Source: Orycteropus afer
Lineage: Eukaryota
DNA length: 28,788 nucleotides
Direction of reading: 5' to 3'
NCBI RefSeq assembly: GCF_000298275.1
Contig: NW_006922148.1
Location: forward strand, 1,353,484 to 1,382,271
The notes beneath the pieces are model-generated. The model saw only the letters and a list, made by a program, of their open reading frames with translations. It did not search any database and had not been told where the DNA came from. Shown one piece after another: positions 21,601 through 28,788 of the stretch; position 1 is the first letter of the stretch, and each line of letters starts with the position of its first letter. Position numbers and translations under genes: made by a program.

Positions 21601-22099
21601 CTACTTTTTACATTAAAAAACCCTTAGCATAGTTATCAATCATGTTGTTAGTTACTGTCAAGTCATTTCCAACTGATAGAGACCCCAAATGTACACTTTT
21701 CAAAATTCCTGGTCTGATAATTCCACAATATCTGCCTTATTTTAGTCTGGTTGTAATGTTTGCTTGTCTCTTCAGATTGCTTTTTTTTTTTTTTTTTTTC
21801 TTTTTAGCATGCCTTATAATTTTTGTGCTGAAAGCCTGACATGATGTATGAAATGATAGGAACTGAAGTAAATAGTGTGAGATTTTATGGTTAGCTGCCT
21901 AGGAGTTAGGCTGTATTTACTATTTCCTGTAGCTGTGTTGTCAGAAGCTAAAACTTTCTGCTGATGTCTTTGTTTTTGTCTCCCTTGTTATACTTGGGTT
22001 CTCTAGAAACCCCCTTTTAAATAGAGTCTGTGCATTGCAGCTCTCTCAGTTATAATCCCCTGTTATTATCCTGAAGACTTTGATGCAGTGGTGAGGCAT

Positions 22100-25000
22100 T
22101 GGGGAGGAGAAACATTCTATACTTCTTTCTTTTTTGTATGTGGGAGCAAGAATCTTTGGGCTGTGACCTTGCGAAGAGTTTCTTAACCTGTTTTTTGTTT
22201 TTCCCTTCATGTGAGACAGTAAGGCTAGATATGGCCTGTAGATGCTTAATTACCCTTCACCCATGTCAGGTAAGGTTTTGGTAAAGTGCTTTCCCTTGAA
22301 GGCTCTTGATTCATTGCCTTTCCTTCATTAGAATGAAAGAAGAACAGAGAGCTCTGTGCTATTTTAAAAATGGCTGCTTTTCCCTTCCCTCTGCCTGATG
22401 TACAAGGGGATTTTTCTGTGATCTTTACCATGATAACATCCTTCTCACCAATTGTCCAATCATATTCCTTCCAAATCCTTGACCATCCAGCCAAACCATT
22501 GGCCACAGACCATGAGTCAGTATAAAGTTACATATCTGACCATTTCTCCTTCCAAGCAAAATGAGCAACCAGGTACCCTGCTCAAAATTCTGCCCACTGG
22601 GAGGATTTCCCTTCACCATTGTCCTTTAGGGAGGTCCCAGAAAGACTGCAATTCTGCCACTACCCATCTGTGTATATATCATACAGAACCATCTGTAAAC
22701 CAGGCATGAGTTTTCTCCTCCTCAGTCATAAGAATTTCACATGAGGCTATAGGTACAGAGTCGAGGAAGGGAGGTATTGTGGCAGGAATAGGGACTTTGG
22801 GTATTTAGGCCACTTCTTCATGCAACTTACTTCCTCAAACCCAGTGTCCTATATACCACTTCCAATTAATGATGGAATGCTGCTGTTCACATCCAACTTT
22901 ATAACTTTGTGGATCAGACAACACCCGGTGCCTGGTGGGCAGCTCAGGGCTGCATGGTAACTTCATGGCCCATGGTTAAGCATTCAGAGTCATATAAGGC
23001 CCAGTAACAAGCCGAAAGCTCCTTTGCAGAAGAAGAGTGCTTCTACAGAGGATGGCAGGACTTTGCTCCCAAATCCTGTGTCTATGCTGTGGTAACTAAT
23101 AGGGACCTCTCAAAAGACTCCAGACAGTGTCTCTATCTGACAATGACATTAATTCCAGGAGATCCAAAACATCTACAGCCGCTGACACTTAAGCTTAGAC
23201 CTGTTGTAGAACCTTCTCCTAGTCTAGATCTCCCTGAAAACCAGCAGCTTTTGTCTGTTTTTGATAAATACACCAGAGTAGCACACCCAAATGAGGGATA
23301 TGTTGCCTCCAAATTCCAAAAAGGCCCACCAGGCATACTATCTCCTTGTCAGTTGTAGAAGGAATGAGATATAACAACTTATCCTTTAGTTTAGAAGGAA
23401 TATATCAGCATGCCCAACACCTCTGGACTCCTAGAACTTTCACTGAGGTAGAAAGCATTTGAATTCTTTTTGGGTTAATATTCCACCTTTTAACATACAA
23501 ATGTCTTACCAGTAAGTCCACAGTCATTGATACTTTTTCCTTACTAGGTCCAATCAGCATGATGTCACCAATATAATGGACCAGTGTGACATACTGTAGA
23601 AGTGAAAGGTGATCAAGGTGCCTGTGGGCTAAATTATGGCACAGGGCTGGAGAGTTAATATCCCTATAAATGAGGACCAAACTAAAATCAAACTCACTGC
23701 CGTGGACCTATGCCACCAGAGCTCCCTAAATGAGGACAGTGAAGGTATGTTACTGGCTTTGTCAGCTGAAAGCAAACTGCTTTTGATGATCTTTAGAAAG
23801 AGGTATGAAGAAAAAGGCATTGACCAGGTCAATAGCTGCATACCAGTTACCAGATGTATTAATTTTCTCAAGCAGTGAAACTACAGCTGGAACAGCAGCT
23901 GCAATTGGAGTCACCACCTGGTTATGTTTATGACAGTACAGTCATTCTCCAAGATCTGTTTCTTTTCTGCACAGGCAAATTGAACAGAGATGTGGTGGGA
24001 ATCACCATTCCTGCATACTTCAAGTCCTTGCTGATAACACTAATTTCTGCAGTTTCCCCAGAAATGTGGTATTGCTTTTGGTTTAGGAGGTTGGGGCAGT
24101 TCTAATGGATTCCACTTGGCCTTTTTGACCATAATAGCCCTTACCTTACATGTCAGGGATCCAATATGGGAGTTCTGCCAGTTGCTGCATATGTCTATTT
24201 CAATTATGCATTTTGGAACTGGGGAAATCACTACATGATGGGTTCAGGGTACTACTGGACCCACATGAGATGGACCCAAACTCAGACACCCATTAATTAC
24301 CTGAACTCCATATGCCCCTGCTATGCTTGGTGGGCTGTAGTGATGTTTGAAATCTCTTGGAGTTAATGTCAGTTTAGAGCCTGCATCCAGTAAACCCTGA
24401 AAATTCTGATTATTTCCTTTTCCTCAATGAACAATCACTCTCATAAAATGCCGTAGATCCCTTTGAGGGAAGACTAGAAAAAAAAAATTAATAGTATAAA
24501 TTTTGTCACTGTGGTGGGGTCCGTCCTTAAAGGGACCTAGCCTCTCCATCATTCAAGGGATTGTGGATCTCTAAACTGGCTGAAGTGTGGAAATTGATCA
24601 AGGGTCTATGACTCAATTTTGATGATTCACGTTAGGCTCCCATTCACTTAATCTAGAAAAATTTTACTTATACAGATCAAGTAACTTTTTAGTAGGTTTC
24701 TCATCTGTTACATTTCTAGGGACACCATGACTAAGTTACCAAAGCAAGTCAGATTATTCTGATTACTACTTTCACTCTGCTGTCCTATATGATAACCATG
24801 CCCACACTGTCTATGACTGTCATGTGCCAACATTTGGCACCTGGCACCCAGGATTCAGTCAACCTTTTCAGTTAGGTGTCTTAATTCAGTTAGGGCAGTT
24901 CCCACTGAAATATCTGACCTACATAGTAGAACCATCACAACAGTCTTGAAGGATGCTGGGGCTCCCTTCCCAAATTTATTCCTCACAGCTGTGGTGAAAG

Positions 25001-25200
25001 ATGTGTCCTTCAGGAAGTCTCTGGGTGGGTCTGTGGGTCCAACATGATAAATTCTCTCGAACATTCCAGTTTCTCTAAATTTTTGTGTCAAACTTTTATG
25101 AAAATAACCCACACATATGTTTTTTGCCAACCATGCAACTCCCTTGTCTGTTAGTTTTCTACTCATGTTATGCATGTTATATGTGGGTGCATGTTATTTA
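22100..25200 (-). mobile_element. Endogenous retrovirus internal region, betaretrovirus/ERVK-like pol remnant, no identifiable LTRs. The reverse-transcriptase core lies at about 23405-24231 and an RNase H start motif at about 22370-22410.
   Basis: Minus-strand ORF 23405-23680: ..DINSPALCHNL.....LVHYIGDIMLIGPSKEKV..DLLV.HL...W.INP.KIQ..STSVKVLGVQ, the retroviral RT motif region (LNSPT.C ... HYIDDIL ... KIQ...YLG) with YIDD mutated to YIGD. ORF 24040-24231 carries an upstream RT-like block (..SHIGSLTCKVRAIMVKKAKWNP..). ORF 22246-22506 contains ..TSGRGKGKAAIF.., resembling the RNase H start (TDGSS.GKAAY). Frameshifted across several ORFs, so non-functional. Confidence 0.65.
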
Positions 25201-25814
25201 TGTGGACATATTTATGAAAAATATGGTATATCTTCTATATTACACCAAGGCAGTTCTTGCATTTCAACTTCATTTTGTGTTGACCCTCTTGTTTTGTTTC
25301 AGTTAACCAACAAAATGAAGTATTATACTCTTTTTCAACCTCTCAAGCTGAAACATTGAATGAACAATTTATGCTCAGTGGGTCTATATCAATAAACCTA
25401 GAGTCATCCAACTTTATTTTAATTGTGCCATTACCACACACTCCTGCCAGCCATTCCCACCCCTGTTCCCCAGGTTTCTGTTTATTCATGTTAGAGAAAC
25501 CAAGCAGTGCTTCTGGAGTGTAGCTTACCTACTCATGGATTACAATTTGTATTTCAAATTTGGGGCATTGCAAGCTCCTTCATATTTGTAAAACACGTAG
25601 TTCTTGTATCACATGACATATTCTTTGGATCTCTTATCTTGAAGTGGAGAATATTCACATTGTTTAATCATTCAGAAGTTGTGTTGGAAACTTCCTGGTG
25701 AAAGTAACACAACATGCATTTTCTAAACAAGTTAACCTTTTTAGATTTTGTGGTGTAGTAAATTACATGGTATGGCATTGCCCTAGATTGGATGTTCTGC
25801 ATGTAAGTCTTATT

Positions 25815-28740
25815 ACTCTTGGGCTGAGAGCCAGCCCTTGGGAGTGAGTATTATCCCAGTCCTGAAGTGTATCCCAGAGCTATAGTCTTGGGGGTCCCAC
25901 CAGACTCCATCCAGCCAGTAATTCTGGTCATTATTGTGTTTTTGAATTCTGTTCCATGTTTTTCCTCCCACTCTATCCAGGATCTCCAGTTTTGATCCCT
26001 TCCTGAGTGGTTGGCATTTGTAGCCAGGTACCGTCTAGTTCTTGTGGTCTTGAGGCCCATCATGGCCTAGAGCTGATTGTTTCCAAGTGCCCTTTACTCT
26101 TCTTTGCTTCATAAGAGAGGAGACCATTAGCTGCATCTTAAATGGCCACTCGAAAGGTTTTAAGTCCCCAGTTGCTACTGGCCAAGGTAGGTTGTAGAAC
26201 AAGATTTTTATATATTATGTTGTGCCAACTGAGTCTGGTGTCCCCCAGTACTGTGGTCCTGAGTCAGCAAATCTGGTGGATCTCTCTCTCAAGGTCTCTG
26301 GCTGTCTATGAGGGATTGCTGTATTTCTGTCTTCCATTGCTTCTGTAATGATTGCAGTTGTTTTGTACCACTAGTATCTGTGCAAGATTATCCTCAGCTG
26401 AATCTTTCATTGGTTTAGAGAATATTCCTGTTTGCCAACCCCATCTGATCTTCTCAGTTGTCTATGTATTTATCTGTAGCCTGGTGTTTGGTGTTAGTGG
26501 TAATGCAGTATTGTGGATATACTGGTATTAGCCTCTGCCATCTATACCTTATGTGCACATTTCAGTATCCTCCCTTTCCCCAATGTTATCATGCTGGTCA
26601 CGAACTCATTCCTTACCATCCCTCCCCTTTCCCAACCCAGCATGTGGCCCTCAACTAGTCTCAACTTTTCCCTCTTCTTCCCTCCCATCCCTGGTAACCA
26701 ATAAATTGATTTCCCTTACTTGACTTTTTACAGTACCATTACTCATACATTGCTCATACAATATTTGTCTTTCTGCTATTGACTTATTCCACTCAGCATA
26801 ATGTCCTCCAGGTTCATCCACTTTGTGAGATGATTCATGTATTCTTCATTGTTCTTTAATGTAGCATAGTATTCCATTGTGTGAATATACCATAATTTTA
26901 TTATCCATTCATCTGCTGATGGGCATTTAAGTTGTTTCCATCTCTTTGCTGTAGTGAATTGTGCTGCAACGAACATGGGTGTGCATATGTCTGTTCATGT
27001 CCTGTTCTCACTTCTTTAGGAATTACTGGTTCAAATGATATTTCTATTTTCAGTTTTTTAAGGAAACACCATACCATTTTCCACAATGGTTGTACCATTT
27101 TACAGTCCCACCAGTAGTGTATGAGAATTCCAGTCTTTCTTCAACCTCACCACAATTTGTTATTTTCTGTCCTATTGAACTTTGCTGTTATTGCTGGGGT
27201 GAGGTGATATCTCATCATTGTTTTGATTTGCATCACTCTAGTGGCTAATGATCATGAGCAATTCCTCATTGTTCATTGGCCACCAGCATATCGTCTTTAA
27301 TGAAGTGTCTTTTCATGTCCCTTGCCCATTTTTGAATAGGATAGTTTGTATTTTTGGCATTGAAGTTTTGAAGTTTTCTATAAATTTTGGAGATAAGTCC
27401 TTTGTCAGATATGTCATAGGCAATTATTTTCTCCCAATCTGTACGTTCTCTTTTTACCCTTTTGGAGAAGTCTTTCAATGCATATAAGAATTTAACTTTT
27501 AAATGTCCCTGTCATCTAGTTTCTGTTCTGCTGTTTGTAGATTTTGGGTTGTGCTTGATATTCTATTTATGCCATAAATTAGGGCCCCTAGATTTGCCCC
27601 TATTTTATCTTTGATCAGCTTTATAGTTTTGGGTTTTACATTTAAGTCTTTGATCCATCTTGAGTTTGTTTTTTGTATGGGGTGAAGAATGGTCTTGTTT
27701 CATTTTTCTGCAAGTGGATGTCCAATTTTGCCAGCACTATTTGTTAAAGAGGCTATCTCTTTCCCATTTAATGGGTTTTGGTCCTTTGTCGAAGATCATA
27801 GATGGATGGGTCTATTTCTGGGTTTTCGATTCAGTTCCATTGGTCTATCTGTCTATCACTGTACCAATACTACGCTGTTTTGTCTACTGTGGCTGTATAG
27901 TAGGTTTTGACATCTGGGATTATGACCTCCTACTTTGTTCTTCTTCAGTAGTGCTCTGCTTATCCAAGGTCTCTTTCCTTTCCATATGAAGTGAGTAATT
28001 GGTTTTCCTGTATCCTTAAAAAATGTTGGTGTCTGGATTGGGATTGGATTAAATTGTAGATTGCTTTGGGTAGTATTGACATTTTCACAATATTCAGTCT
28101 TCCTATCCATGAACAAGGCAGGTTTTTCCATTTATGTAGATCCCTTGTAATTTCTTGTAGTAGTGTTTTATAGTTTTCTTTGTATAGGTATTTTGTGTCT
28201 CTGGTAAGATTTATTCCTAGATATTTTAACTTTTTGGTAACTATTATAATTGGTATTGTTTACCACATTTCCCTTTCAGAGGCCTCTTTGTTGATGTAGA
28301 GGAATCCAACTGATTTTTGTATGTTGACCTTGTATCCTGCCACTTTGCTGAACCTCTCTATTAGTTCCAGTAGTGTTTTTGCTGAGTCTCTTGATTTTTC
28401 TATGTATTAAGTCATCCACAAGTAGAGATAGCTTTACTTCCCTCTTTACCACTTTCAATGCCTTTGATTTATCTTTCTTGCCTCTTGCCTTGGCTAGAAC
28501 TTCCAATACAATGTTAAATAGAAGAGATGATAGAGGGCATCCATGCCTGGTTCCCATTTGTAAGGGGAATGCTTTGAGTCTTTCTCTATTAACAATAATG
28601 TTGGTCGTTGGCTTTGCATATATGTCCTTTATTATGTTGAGGAATTTCCCTTCTATCCCTATTTTGCTGAGAGTTCTGAACAGGAATCAGTGTTGGATTT
28701 TATCAAATGACTTTTATCAGTCAACTGATATGATCATATG
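25815..28740 (-). mobile_element. L1 LINE: ORF2 (RT and C-terminal domains, frameshifted) plus a long 3' UTR, minus strand. It extends off the window at the 5' side and appears to lack the terminal about 300 bp of the 3' end.
   Basis: Minus-strand ORFs 28276-28557 (..CPLSSLLFNIVLEVLAKA......K..K.EVKLSL..DD.I), 27856-28131, 27266-27478 (..KRHF.KDDM..ANE..) and 26776-26976 (..WYIHTMEYYATLKNNE...HLTKWMNLEDIMLSGISQ, the ORF2 C-terminus) are canonical L1 ORF2 blocks in colinear order. 25815-26775 aligns with the L1 3' UTR copies at 5095-5870 and 20660-21260, starting at a point equivalent to about 300 bp inside those copies. Confidence 0.9.
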
Positions 28741-28746
28741 GGTCTT

Positions 28747-28788
28747 ATTTTTTTTATTGTGATGTGGGTGAAGATTTACAGAGCAAAT
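28747..28788 (-). mobile_element. 3' terminus of a second L1 (minus strand) inserted into the L1 ORF2 region; it continues off-window
   Basis: ttttttttattgtgatgtgggtgaagatttacagagcaaat, the same L1 3'-end motif as at 5097 and 20641. Confidence 0.6.

Noticed and set aside
21640-21730. gttactgtcaagtcatttccaactgatagagaccc..., which resembles the reverse-complemented RTE1/SINE 3' tail motif (gtgccattgattcgtccttgactcacagtgaccc)
   Set aside because: The similarity is short and patchy. It could be a very old RTE or SINE tail, but I cannot support a call from about 80 bp.
21779-21805. A T-run of about 25 bp (also A-runs at 11449-11470 and 13387-13405)
   Set aside because: These are retroposon poly-A tails (or their complement) and do not look like functional elements.

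Overview
This window is mammalian nuclear DNA, not a prokaryotic locus. It is AT-rich, densely packed with interspersed repeats, and appears intergenic or intronic. I found no convincing host protein-coding gene, no RNA gene, no CRISPR array and no operon-like structure. The repeat content (tRNA-derived SINEs with the AfroSINE structure, several RTE/BovB-type LINE copies, L1 fragments) suggests an afrotherian genome such as elephant. This is an inference from the repeat families, not a database hit. Recognisable content: (i) four RTE/BovB-like (RTE1-type) LINE copies or fragments, one nearly full length (about 3.3 kb, minus strand, 15828-19195) and interrupted by a nested MaLR-like solo LTR; (ii) at least five minus-strand L1 pieces, which supply the recurring 'ttattgtgatttgg...tacagagcaaat' motif (L1 3' UTR terminus in reverse complement); (iii) six AfroSINE-type SINEs of two subtypes, two with clear target-site duplications; (iv) an endogenous-retrovirus pol remnant (betaretrovirus/ERVK-like reverse transcriptase with a degenerate YIDD box) on the minus strand around 22.3-24.3 kb; (v) two unclassified poly-A retroposon families (here called A and B), each present twice and each time next to an RTE1 fragment; (vi) a six-unit 70-bp minisatellite that is an expansion of the RTE1 5' leader repeat; (vii) purine-rich low-complexity tracts. 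Almost all ORFs in the six-frame track are transposable-element ORF remnants or low-complexity artefacts. I found no undescribed biological system here. The observations worth a second look are structural: nested and recurrent TE juxtapositions, the expanded minisatellite, a mutated ERV pol, and one splice-like mini-exon. All coordinates are approximate (within about 10-30 bp) because they were placed by eye.
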